A program made the translations under genes and the position numbers. From assembly GCA_964344975.1 (NCBI GenBank), contig CAYFPK010000004.1, positions 1 through 62,948 of the forward strand: DNA of 62,948 bases, written 5' to 3'. Position 1 is the stretch's first letter; each line of letters begins with the position of its first letter. The DNA is from Candidatus Woesearchaeota archaeon. GTDB taxonomy: Archaea > Nanobdellota > Nanobdellia > SCGC-AAA011-G17 > GW2011-AR18. A model generated the notes under the pieces. That model saw only the letters and a list, made by a program, of their open reading frames with translations, was not told where the DNA came from and made no database searches. Shown here one piece after another: positions 53,790 through 62,850 of this stretch.

Positions 53790-54701
53790 TTACGCGGCAA
53801 GGCCACGCAATTCTTCCATAAAGGCTTTCATAGCTCGGTGCGCTTCTTGCAAAGACGCATGGGCTTCTCGGATGTAGGGGTGAGCGTCAGCTCCGTCAGC
53901 TTCTTTTGCTAAAGATAAAGATTCCTTTGCAGCAGCAACAGCAGCAACAAAGTCCTCATGGTGCGACTCAAGACCAGTTACATCATAACCTTTCTCTTCT
54001 GCCTGTGCAATCATATCTTGCATCTTAGCATCAGCACGATCAGCTTTGGCAACTAAACCATCAAAGCGGTGCGAGTAAAACTTCCCGATACCAACTTTAA
54101 GATCTCGTTGCACATCATGCCAAACACCTTTTATCTTTTGCGCAGCATCACGGTAATCTTGCAGGGTTGCATCATCACCTAACGCTTCAATGTCACTGAC
54201 TACACTTGCAACTGCATCCTCATGCGCAGCAAGTTCAGCTAAAAAACGCTCAGCAAAATCAGCATCAACATCAGCATTACGCACACGCTCTTCTAAACGG
54301 TCAAGTAGGTTAAGCACACGATCAGCTAAAGTCAGTAAATGTTCTTTAGCTTTATTACGTGCATCTACACACGTTTCAGTGATGTCACCATCACAAGCAC
54401 GTAAATCTTGCTTTAAGCGAGCAAAAGCAGCACGTTTCTGCGGATCTACTGCACGCACCTGATGTTGTAATTGTTTAGCGTTACGTACAACATGTTTTGC
54501 TAATTTTTTAGCATCTCGAGGATCTTTGACAGCATCACGAATCATACGTCGCGGTTTATGTCGAGAATCAACAACATCTTCACCAGAATCAGCGGTAATA
54601 AGAACAGCACCGCTAGCTTCTACATCTTCATCAGCAAGTGCAAAAGGCACAGCACTAACTAGAAGAAGTAAAACCATACATACACTTAGTACATGTTTCA
54701 T
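53790..54701 (-). CDS. secreted alpha-helical (coiled-coil) protein
   Basis: Start set at MKHVLSV, which has a GGAGGT Shine-Dalgarno site 8 nt upstream. Signal peptide ending ALA-DE. The remainder is A/E/D/K-rich and helical. Confidence 0.6.
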   Translation of the reverse strand: MKHVLSVCMVLLLLVSAVPFALADEDVEASGAVLITADSGEDVVDSRHKPRRMIRDAVKDPRDAKKLAKHVVRNAKQLQHQVRAVDPQKRAAFARLKQDLRACDGDITETCVDARNKAKEHLLTLADRVLNLLDRLEERVRNADVDADFAERFLAELAAHEDAVASVVSDIEALGDDATLQDYRDAAQKIKGVWHDVQRDLKVGIGKFYSHRFDGLVAKADRADAKMQDMIAQAEEKGYDVTGLESHHEDFVAAVAAAKESLSLAKEADGADAHPYIREAHASLQEAHRAMKAFMEELRGLAA

Positions 54702-54909
54702 AATATTCGACCTCCATTTGCGAATCATACACATCCCCTAAGCAAAGTACTTTATAAAGAAACTTACCAAAAACTTTAGCTAAAGCTTTACCAAGAGCCC
54801 AAATACTTTACAAAGGATAAAATAAGCTCAAAATAAAAAACAAAGAGATTTTATAAGAGGGCAACAAAAATAAGTATGTTTAAATATATTTCATGCAAAC
54901 AAGACTAAT

Positions 54910-55548
54910 ATGAGATACAGTATACTTTTAGTCTTACTCTTAACCATTCCACTAAGTACAGCAGCAACCATCCAAGGAACAGTCTATGATCTGAGTTTAG
55001 AGCCGCAAACTAATGTTATTGTAGAAATTGACTCAACACCCTTGCAACGCCAAGTGATTAAAGAAGGCACATATGAGTTTACTTTAAGCCCAGGAAGCTA
55101 TACGTTAAGTGTTAAAAGTAACCAAGATGAAACACTCATAGAAGAAAGCATTGAGATTACGCACGATGGCGACTACACCGTTGACTTATTTACCTTATTA
55201 GATTTAAGCGAGTTTGAAGAGTTCGTAGAAGAATCACAAACAGAGCTAGATCTCAATGGTGAAACACCAACATACGTTGTTTGGATCATAGGTGCAGCAG
55301 TAATTGTAGGTGTGATTCTTTTTTTCAAAAGAAAAAAAATAGAGCCAGAAACAAAAAAGCAAGACCCACTAGCAGAAAAAATAATAAAAATTCTAAAAGA
55401 AAACGATGGACGCATGACACAAAAGGAGTTAAGAAAACATTTTCCTTTTTCTGAAGCAAAAATGTCGTTGGCAATTACAGAGTTAGAAGCAAACAAAAAA
55501 ATAAAGAAAATAAAAAAAGGTCGAGGAAATATAATTTCACTCAGCTAA
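54910..55548 (+). CDS. membrane-bound regulator-like protein: signal peptide, carboxypeptidase-regulatory-like beta domain, TM helix, cytoplasmic winged-HTH
   Basis: IQGTVYDLSLEP...GTYEFTLSPGSYTLSV (CarboxypepD_reg-like). TM helix VVWIIGAAVIVGVILFF. C-terminal KILKENDGRMTQKELRKHFPFSEAKMSLAITELEANKKI (MarR/wHTH-like). Confidence 0.65.
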   Translation: MRYSILLVLLLTIPLSTAATIQGTVYDLSLEPQTNVIVEIDSTPLQRQVIKEGTYEFTLSPGSYTLSVKSNQDETLIEESIEITHDGDYTVDLFTLLDLSEFEEFVEESQTELDLNGETPTYVVWIIGAAVIVGVILFFKRKKIEPETKKQDPLAEKIIKILKENDGRMTQKELRKHFPFSEAKMSLAITELEANKKIKKIKKGRGNIISLS

Positions 55549-56145
55549 AGAAGCAACTAACTCTTCTAAAGCAGCAAGTTCATCACCATAACCCATGCGA
55601 ACTTTCACAGCATGATACCCGCCATGATGTCGATACAAGCAGGTACGTAGACCAGAAGGAATTTCTTTTCCTTTCGGAAAACGCCCTAGCAAAGAAATAA
55701 TATTATGCATGGCAGGCTCAACATGAGCCCAATCTTTCCAAAACCCATTTGGTTTTTTACCAGAGGTATAACCCATTTGTTCACGAATAGTAACAAGACC
55801 ACCATGATAATCATAAATTGCCTTATAGAGAGAAGGATTAAATTGGCGAACTTCAACAGCGGTAGGAAAAGAATCTTGACTATCAACTAAAGGCTGTAAT
55901 TCAAAAAACACATTACCAACATCCAACCAATACCCAGAAGGTTTATGAGGTGAAGCAACGCCATAACATTTTCGAACAGCAACCATACCGCCAGGAAACG
56001 CAGAGATTGCATCTTTAAGCGGACGTGAAAGTTTGGAAAGCTCAAAAGAAGAAGGAAAATGACCCAACTCTTCAACAATAGGGTCAAGTCTAGCTACAAG
56101 AGATTCCCACTCATCTAAAGACGCATGCGCTTTCCTATCCATCAC
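55537..56145 (-). CDS. repeat protein C (202 aa): three type-2 repeats plus conserved C-terminal DELAALEELVASL peptide
   Basis: Repeat unit KP.GYW.DW..VE......LGRFP...E....L..A...HGG...V...MGY occurs three times. 4-nt overlap with the upstream gene. Confidence 0.75.
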   Translation of the reverse strand: MMDRKAHASLDEWESLVARLDPIVEELGHFPSSFELSKLSRPLKDAISAFPGGMVAVRKCYGVASPHKPSGYWLDVGNVFFELQPLVDSQDSFPTAVEVRQFNPSLYKAIYDYHGGLVTIREQMGYTSGKKPNGFWKDWAHVEPAMHNIISLLGRFPKGKEIPSGLRTCLYRHHGGYHAVKVRMGYGDELAALEELVASLAE

Positions 56146-57038
56146 CCAAGCACCTCAACCAATTCTTCTAAAGCGGCAAGCTCATCAGAGTAGCCCATGC
56201 GAGCTTTCACAGCAACAAGACCACCGTGATACTTAAAGAGAGCCTGTTGTAATCCATAATCCAATTCTTTCAACTGATTTGTTGTAGGAAAAACACCACC
56301 ACACTGATCAATAATTTCTTTCAAAGCTACCTCAACATGCGCAAAATCGCGCAAAAAACCGTTAGGACGAGAACGTTTTTTTTTCGGAGAGGGAAGAACA
56401 GCATCAACCCAACCATTCCTTCTAAGAAGTTTCATAAAACCACTATCCAAAGAACCGACCTCACCACGACTTTTGCCATCGAGACGCAGAAAGTAATATC
56501 TTTGAGCATCTTCTAAAGTAAAATGAGTGAATCGTTGTTGGCTAGGGGGAAAGACTTCATCAAGAAGTTTTCGGGCCCGAACAGCTTTATAAAAACTACG
56601 TCCATCTGGACCATCCTCTTTCACCTGGCCCCTACTAAGGCCAAAAAAATGTTCCTTACAATATGCCTGAAACATATCAACATCCCAATCAACCCAACGG
56701 TGACGAGTTTCAGGAATAGCCTCCTCAAGTAAACCCCTTCTTTTCAAAACATGATAAAGCTGAGATCCTCCATGAATCTTGTCATACTGCAATTGTCCTC
56801 TTGACAGATGCGAAAAATGCTCAGCATAATGAGTAACTAACTCTTCATCTGTAAATTTTCGCCACTCAACTCCTTTTTTACTTAAAGGTAAAACTGCATC
56901 AGTAAGATCTCTTACAGTAACAGCACGGTAGAATGCACAATCAGCTTCACCAATTTCACTACGACTCATACCAGCAAAATGTTCTGCACAATATTTTTGA
57001 AAATCTTCAACAGTACTCAATCCTCGCCAAGGTTTCAT
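56142..57038 (-). CDS. repeat protein B (298 aa): four type-1 repeats, one type-2 repeat, C-terminal DELAALEELVEVL peptide
   Basis: Type-1 unit W..FT.EDF..YY.EHF.G.SR..V.KD..DG..FY.AV..R.LLDEV.P. Its start overlaps the stop of the upstream gene by 1 nt. Confidence 0.75.
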   Translation of the reverse strand: MKPWRGLSTVEDFQKYCAEHFAGMSRSEIGEADCAFYRAVTVRDLTDAVLPLSKKGVEWRKFTDEELVTHYAEHFSHLSRGQLQYDKIHGGSQLYHVLKRRGLLEEAIPETRHRWVDWDVDMFQAYCKEHFFGLSRGQVKEDGPDGRSFYKAVRARKLLDEVFPPSQQRFTHFTLEDAQRYYFLRLDGKSRGEVGSLDSGFMKLLRRNGWVDAVLPSPKKKRSRPNGFLRDFAHVEVALKEIIDQCGGVFPTTNQLKELDYGLQQALFKYHGGLVAVKARMGYSDELAALEELVEVLG

Positions 57039-58489
57039 TACACAAGCACCTCAACCAATTCTTCAAGAGCTGCAAGTTCATTAGAGACATAACCCATACG
57101 AGCTTTTACACCAATAAGGCCATCATGATGCACAAGAGCAGAAGCAAGGTAACCGGGAAGTTCACGCTTCAAAGGAAATCGTCCAAGCTTACTTATCTCA
57201 GCTTGCATGGCCGGCTCAAGATTATCCCATTCCTTCCAATAACCACTCGGTTTTTGAGAAGCAGAATCAGCATACCCCATATGAGCCTTCACCGCATAAT
57301 ACCCACCGTGACGAGAAAGAGATGAGGCAAGAGAGCTAGAAAAGGCAGCAATTTCACGACTTTTAGGAAACCTACCAAGTTCGAAAACCAAAGGTTCAAT
57401 TTCAGAAACAACATTCTCACGGTCATCCCAATAACCATTGGGCCTACGTAAAGACTCTGGAAAGACTTCATCGGTGAATCCACGAGCAGCAACAGCACGA
57501 TAGAAGGATCTTCCATGAGGAGCATCTTTCTGTACACGAGTACGATGCCATCCAGCAAAATGATCCCCATAATAATTTTTAAAATCTTGCAGAGTAAACT
57601 CATTCCAACTATGTTGAGAGTTAGGCGCAAAGACATCTGCAGAAGAAAAGCCAGCCTTACGCAGAGCCAAATAAAAGGCATTACCACTTTCTAATTGCAT
57701 AACTTGATAAGCGCACAAACCACTATAATATTCTTCATAATACGCCTGAAAATTTTCAAGAGTAAAATCTGAAAACTGGCCCCTCGTTCCTAAAGGAATA
57801 ACAGCATCAAGAAGATTAAGATCAAAAAGTCGTTCATAAAACGCGCGACCATCAGGTGCCTTCTTAACACGAGTTCTATTCATACCAGAAAAATGTGTTT
57901 GATAGTGTTGTTTAAAATCCTCAACAGTAAAGCCATCAAAATCAATTTCACGCTGCAAACGAGTATCACGAGGAGGAAAAATAACACTAATAAGATCACG
58001 ACGAACTAACGCCTTAAAAAAGGCATAACCTCCTGGAACCTCTTTGACTTGAGCAACGGTCATTCCAGAAAAACGTTCCTCATAATAAGAATGAAAGTCT
58101 TCTTCGGTAAAAGAAGACCAACGAACACGCTGAGGTGATGGAAGAACTTCATCTTTGAGCCCTAATCGAGCAACGGTTGAGTAGAAAGCAGAACCAAGCC
58201 CATCAACATCCTTTTGCAGCTCAGTACGACTCATTCCAGCAAGATGTTCTTCGTAGAACTGCTTAAATTCAGCAACACCAAAACCATCCCAGTTGTGATA
58301 ACGACAAGCAGGAAAGATTTCATCAACAAGACCTCGGACACGAACTTCATTATAGAACGTAGAACCTGCTTTCGCTCTATCTTTTTGCACACGAGCACGA
58401 TTCCAACCAGCAAAATGTTCGCCATAATATTCTCTTAAATCTTCATCAGAGAGATTCTTCCAAAATCCATCAGGTCTTCTACCCATCAC
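57038..58489 (-). CDS. repeat protein A (483 aa): six type-1 repeats, two type-2 repeats, C-terminal ELAALEELVEVL peptide
   Basis: Internal periodicity of ~57 aa is visible directly in the translation. 11-nt overlap with the 3' end of the SNF2 gene. Confidence 0.75.
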   Translation of the reverse strand: MMGRRPDGFWKNLSDEDLREYYGEHFAGWNRARVQKDRAKAGSTFYNEVRVRGLVDEIFPACRYHNWDGFGVAEFKQFYEEHLAGMSRTELQKDVDGLGSAFYSTVARLGLKDEVLPSPQRVRWSSFTEEDFHSYYEERFSGMTVAQVKEVPGGYAFFKALVRRDLISVIFPPRDTRLQREIDFDGFTVEDFKQHYQTHFSGMNRTRVKKAPDGRAFYERLFDLNLLDAVIPLGTRGQFSDFTLENFQAYYEEYYSGLCAYQVMQLESGNAFYLALRKAGFSSADVFAPNSQHSWNEFTLQDFKNYYGDHFAGWHRTRVQKDAPHGRSFYRAVAARGFTDEVFPESLRRPNGYWDDRENVVSEIEPLVFELGRFPKSREIAAFSSSLASSLSRHGGYYAVKAHMGYADSASQKPSGYWKEWDNLEPAMQAEISKLGRFPLKRELPGYLASALVHHDGLIGVKARMGYVSNELAALEELVEVLV

Positions 58490-61400
58490 TCAACACCAAC
58501 CCTGATCGCGGATCAATACGCAACCGTCGAGAGCCTGTATAGACTTTTCGAGGAACACGAGCAGAAGAACCAGAAACGCTCGATGCACGAGCAGGAGTAT
58601 AACCAGCGTCAGAAACAGCTTCAGGTAAAGTAGCTGCAGAAGACATTAAAGAAACAACTTCAGAAGGCTCATCCACAGGAGCAACTAAAGCAAAGTAATC
58701 AGCATCAACAGCAGCAACAGCAGAAACTTTTTCAAACAAAGAAAAGGTAGAATGCTCAAGTTTACTCCGGTACGCTTCAGCATGATGTTGACCAGCAGAC
58801 GCCTTCAAACGAGAAAAAAAATCCTTAGAAACGGCATAACGATGCGATTTAACAAGAGGAGTAAATCCAGATTTTTTCATACCATCAAAAAAAGAGCTAG
58901 AAAAACGCCAACCGCCAAGACCAAGTTGCAAATACCCACCAACATCTAAAACTGCATTTGCACCAACAACATAATCACGTACACGTTCTTTATTCTCAAG
59001 CAAACTCACAGATGAGTTATCAACAAAATCAAAAGTACGACCACCAACAACAGACACATCACACATATCACCAACATACTTTAGAGGGTTAGAACTGCGT
59101 GCAGACATCGCTAAAGAAAAGTCACGGTCAACAACCTCAGGAACAGCAAAACCACAATCACGCACAAGAGTGTCTAAATCTAAAAACGCATCATACAAGA
59201 TACCGGGACCTGCCGCATCAGCTAAAACAGTTGCAGGAAAAGTAATCTCTCCTACACGTGCACGTTTCACTAAATCAACAACCTTAGCACGAGCAAGAAC
59301 ATATGGGCTCAAAGAAGAAAAATGTGCACAATAAAGCGCAACAAATTCTTCATCATGCCAAATACCTATAGGGTCTTGCATAATACGTGCACGCAACTCT
59401 TGCGCAACAGTTTGCTCATAAGCATCGGAGGAAATAACAGTAGAACTTCCTTTTTTACGAGTAACAACTCGTTTAGTAACAAAATCATCTAAAGAGTTCA
59501 CAGAAGAATCCGAAAGATCCACAGAAACACCACCACGCCCACGCAAAAACAATTCTTTTAATCGCAACGAGTCCCCGTCACCAGAGATAAGTTTTCGCTC
59601 TTCATCCAAAAGAGCAATACCATCAAGAGCCATCTGATTTTTTTCAGCTTTTTGCGCACGCAAAGAATCAACAGCATAATCAATAGAATCAGCACCATAC
59701 AATAACCGAACGGTAGTTTTCTTTTTTTGACCACGCCGAGCTAAACGAGCAATAGCTTGCTCACGCACAGCAGGACTGTAATGATCATCTAAAAGGTACG
59801 CAGCATTAGCAGCTGAAAAATTTAAAGAAACACCACCAGCACGTGTAGAAACAACAACACCGTCAAGACCGTTTGCTAAACGTTCACCGATTTTGTCACG
59901 AGTAGCATCAGAAGTAGTTCCATCAACAGAAGTCAAATTAAACGATCGACCAAACTGTGCAGATAAAACATCTGCAAGCTCTTCATGCAAAGGACGTAGA
60001 TTTAAAGAAGCAAACGCATCAGATAAACCAAGCTCCTCATATTGTCTACGTAACTGTCGAGCAGCAGCGGTAACATGTTTGGCAAACATGGTTGAAAACA
60101 CAACAAACTTATCACCGCAAGCAACAGGTCCATCATCTGCAGTTAACAATTGATCTAATCGCACATACTTCGCAGAATCAGAGCGAGAAACAGCACCAAC
60201 TAAATCCAGATCAGATAAGATACGAGGATGTACCAACCGCGGATCAAGTACAGCATACCGCATTTGTGTTAACCAGTTAGGTTGACCAGTTTCAAACACA
60301 TAATCAACAATGCGTTGTTGCACCTCAGTTAATGCAACATCATCAATAAGAACCTCTAAAGGAGGCAAATCCATAACATCACAACTGCGACGTCGAATAG
60401 TTCTTTGTCGAACAAACGTATACAAGGAACGCGGATCCCCCTCATAAATCTCTAAAAAGCGAGAAGCAACAGCATCATAATCTAAAAAAGAATGTCCATC
60501 TTCCTCTTGTACAAAATGATCAGGGTGTAACATAAAAAACAATGAAGCATAATCTTTTAACGTATCAGGCATGGGCGTACCGGTAAGCTCAGTCAAGTAC
60601 CCAAGGTCAGGACGAGTCGCAAGAAGTTTAACCGCTGAAGCAACAGTAACAGCACCCTTTTTTGTACGTGTACGCGTATTACGCACATCTTGCACTTCAT
60701 CAATAATAAGATGATCATAACCCAAATCAAGCAACACTTCATACACCTGCTTATCACCAAAGTCAAGTGTTAGCTGATCAAAGTTAGCAAAAACAAAGTC
60801 AGCACCACGCATCTCAGCAAGAAAAGCCGCATCTTTATCTCCATTCACCCAAGCAACAGATTGCACATCAGCAAAGTAACGTGTATCAGAAGGGCCACAA
60901 AGACCATCTCGCCAAGCCTTAACAGAAGCCTTAGGACCCAAAACCAACGTACGACCATACACACCTTTACCTTCGCTTCGCAACTTAGCCTCAATAAGCG
61001 GCTTTAGCAAAGGGGCAATAGCGGTTTTGCCCGTACCACATTCATCAAAGACACCAAAGCGACCTTCTTCCAGGTTATGGAACTGGGCAACGGCCTGATG
61101 AAACGAAGGAAGCACAACAGCCTCACCAGTTGCAGGATCTACAAAGTCAGGGTTTATATGCCCAAGAGAAATCATACGTTCACGAAACGAAAGATAAGAT
61201 CTAAAGGTTGCAAGTTGATCTTCATATAAGTAACGCAAGTTCTCATGCGTTTGCAAAGCAACAAGCTTCTCAAGCTCAGGCAAAGCATCCATAGGATCCT
61301 CTCGCAAATTAAAGATATTGAAAAAATCACGGCGCGCCTTCTCACGAAGAATTAAAAACAAACGACGCGCATCAGCATAAGATGCTTTTTCTTCATCAGA

Positions 61401-61982
61401 AAGTTCATCTTCATTTTTTGCCAAAACAGAAAAATGTCCTGCAGGTAATTCTTGCAACATACGCACATACACAGGAGAAACTTCACCAACAACACGATCT
61501 TCTTTTTCAGAAGATGAACGTTTAGCAGATCGTTTTTCAGAAAAGATAGATTGACTCACACGATATAAATTATCAAAAGTACCAACAAGAGCACGAACCT
61601 CCTCACGAACCTCAGGGATATTCAAAACAAAAGCAGCATACAAATCAGCATCAGTTTCTGTATCAAGCACATCTAAAACAGAAGCATAATCTTGTGAATC
61701 AGAATCTTTTGTACGAGCAAGAATGGTTTCTAACCCTTGACGCGCCTGCACCAAATTAGCTTCAGATAAAAACCAATAGCCATCACGTTGCGCACGGGCA
61801 ACAAAAGATGTATAATGATCATCTTCACCCTTATGTTGCTGATAGAGATGAGCTACAGCCTGCGCTAAAGTTTCTTTACCTTGCGCTGTAAGCATACGTC
61901 GAAGATTAGCAATAGTCACAGCATCATACTTCCCACTAGCAACAAGCGTGGCCAATGCAGATTCGACAGGATCCTTTACCAT
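58479..61982 (-). CDS. SNF2-family helicase/translocase with ~300-aa unique N-terminal region and C-terminal Rossmann SAM-methyltransferase-like domain (1167 aa)
   Basis: SNF2 motifs: LPSFHQ (Q), DECGTGKT (I), LVLGPKASVKAW (Ia), LIIDEVQDVRN (II), LTGTPMPDTLKDYASLFFML (III), KFVVFSTM (IV) and STRAGGVSLNFSAANAAYLLDDHYSPAVREQAIARLARRGQ (V-VI). The C-terminal part has VLADAAGPGIL (motif I-like), VVDRDFS, YVGDMCDV, FDFVDNSS and VLDVGGYLQL. Confidence 0.85.
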   Translation of the reverse strand: MVKDPVESALATLVASGKYDAVTIANLRRMLTAQGKETLAQAVAHLYQQHKGEDDHYTSFVARAQRDGYWFLSEANLVQARQGLETILARTKDSDSQDYASVLDVLDTETDADLYAAFVLNIPEVREEVRALVGTFDNLYRVSQSIFSEKRSAKRSSSEKEDRVVGEVSPVYVRMLQELPAGHFSVLAKNEDELSDEEKASYADARRLFLILREKARRDFFNIFNLREDPMDALPELEKLVALQTHENLRYLYEDQLATFRSYLSFRERMISLGHINPDFVDPATGEAVVLPSFHQAVAQFHNLEEGRFGVFDECGTGKTAIAPLLKPLIEAKLRSEGKGVYGRTLVLGPKASVKAWRDGLCGPSDTRYFADVQSVAWVNGDKDAAFLAEMRGADFVFANFDQLTLDFGDKQVYEVLLDLGYDHLIIDEVQDVRNTRTRTKKGAVTVASAVKLLATRPDLGYLTELTGTPMPDTLKDYASLFFMLHPDHFVQEEDGHSFLDYDAVASRFLEIYEGDPRSLYTFVRQRTIRRRSCDVMDLPPLEVLIDDVALTEVQQRIVDYVFETGQPNWLTQMRYAVLDPRLVHPRILSDLDLVGAVSRSDSAKYVRLDQLLTADDGPVACGDKFVVFSTMFAKHVTAAARQLRRQYEELGLSDAFASLNLRPLHEELADVLSAQFGRSFNLTSVDGTTSDATRDKIGERLANGLDGVVVSTRAGGVSLNFSAANAAYLLDDHYSPAVREQAIARLARRGQKKKTTVRLLYGADSIDYAVDSLRAQKAEKNQMALDGIALLDEERKLISGDGDSLRLKELFLRGRGGVSVDLSDSSVNSLDDFVTKRVVTRKKGSSTVISSDAYEQTVAQELRARIMQDPIGIWHDEEFVALYCAHFSSLSPYVLARAKVVDLVKRARVGEITFPATVLADAAGPGILYDAFLDLDTLVRDCGFAVPEVVDRDFSLAMSARSSNPLKYVGDMCDVSVVGGRTFDFVDNSSVSLLENKERVRDYVVGANAVLDVGGYLQLGLGGWRFSSSFFDGMKKSGFTPLVKSHRYAVSKDFFSRLKASAGQHHAEAYRSKLEHSTFSLFEKVSAVAAVDADYFALVAPVDEPSEVVSLMSSAATLPEAVSDAGYTPARASSVSGSSARVPRKVYTGSRRLRIDPRSGLVLSDG

Positions 61983-61994
61983 ACATAATTCCTA

Positions 61995-62489
61995 TCACCT
62001 CTTGTTTTTGGGAATATAAAAATAACCAACACAATTATTTGGAGTAGACTTCTTTCTTTGTACAACTAAACTAGGATGTACAGGGTTACCATCTAAAGCA
62101 AGAGCACCACCAGCAATTAGGTCATGCCCATCAAAAGAAGCATCAATTTGCAAAGCTTTCGCTAAATTCCCTGGCCCCTGTGCAGTAACAGGCCTATCTT
62201 CAAAAACATAATCAGCAGCAACCAAAGTAACACAACTAGAAACACCACAACTAATGTCAATAAGATAATTACCACGACGGTTACTAACAGAAACAATACC
62301 AGGCCCGTAATCAACAAACTTACCAGAACCTCCCTCCCAGGCAGAAATTTCAACAAGTGTTCCGGTTACAACAGGACCAGCAGAAAATGTCCGAATAAGT
62401 TGCCGTCCAAGCAAATATGCAGCAACAGTGGCAGCATCCTGCCTAAAGAAATCATGCGAAAGGTTCGTTTCAAGGGTTAAAGCAGTCAT
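61995..62489 (-). CDS. DNA-3-methyladenine glycosylase (Mpg/AAG family)-like, short divergent form
   Basis: FFRQDAATVAAYLLGRQLIR, TGTLVEISAWEG (compare ETEAY, with the catalytic Glu kept) and QGPGNLAKALQIDASFDGHDL match the Mpg family order. The central region is shorter than usual. Confidence 0.55.
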   Translation of the reverse strand: MTALTLETNLSHDFFRQDAATVAAYLLGRQLIRTFSAGPVVTGTLVEISAWEGGSGKFVDYGPGIVSVSNRRGNYLIDISCGVSSCVTLVAADYVFEDRPVTAQGPGNLAKALQIDASFDGHDLIAGGALALDGNPVHPSLVVQRKKSTPNNCVGYFYIPKNKR

Positions 62490-62559
62490 AGGGCATCTCT
62501 AGCTAGATTCTAGCATAAATGAGAAGGCCAAAGGCTTTATAAAACTTTACGGAATAAGT

Positions 62560-62603
62560 GCCACTCGCCAGTAACGACTGTGCTTATTCCGCAGAATTTC
62601 TGC
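62560..62603 (+). other. two adjacent hairpins just downstream of a TATA-like element (ctttataaaa, 62534-62543)
   Basis: cggaataag (62560-62568) pairs with cttattccg (62583-62591). gcaga-att-tctgc lies at 62591-62603. Confidence 0.4.
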
Positions 62604-62811
62604 GATACAGAGCCTAATTCGCTAAACTCAACACCTTGGGCTTTACGAATTACTCCAACACGCCAATTGGCGCATTTGTAAACCCTCGATTCTTACTCCA
62701 AAAATCAAGTGCCTACAAGTAATAAGGCACTCCTGCTATATAAGTCCATCCCTTATTTTCTAAGTTTTTGTGACACTAAACAACCCATTCCTATCTTTTT
62801 TTGGCTGAGGT

Positions 62812-62850
62812 GGAGCACAAGCGGAGTACAAATGGAGTACAATTGTACTC
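62812..62850. repeat. three helically phased GGAG(C/T)ACAA direct repeats (11-bp period) ending in a perfect 16-bp palindrome GAGTACAATTGTACTC
   Basis: Repeats start at 62812, 62823 and 62834. The palindrome is at 62835-62850. The region is ORF-free. Confidence 0.7.
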
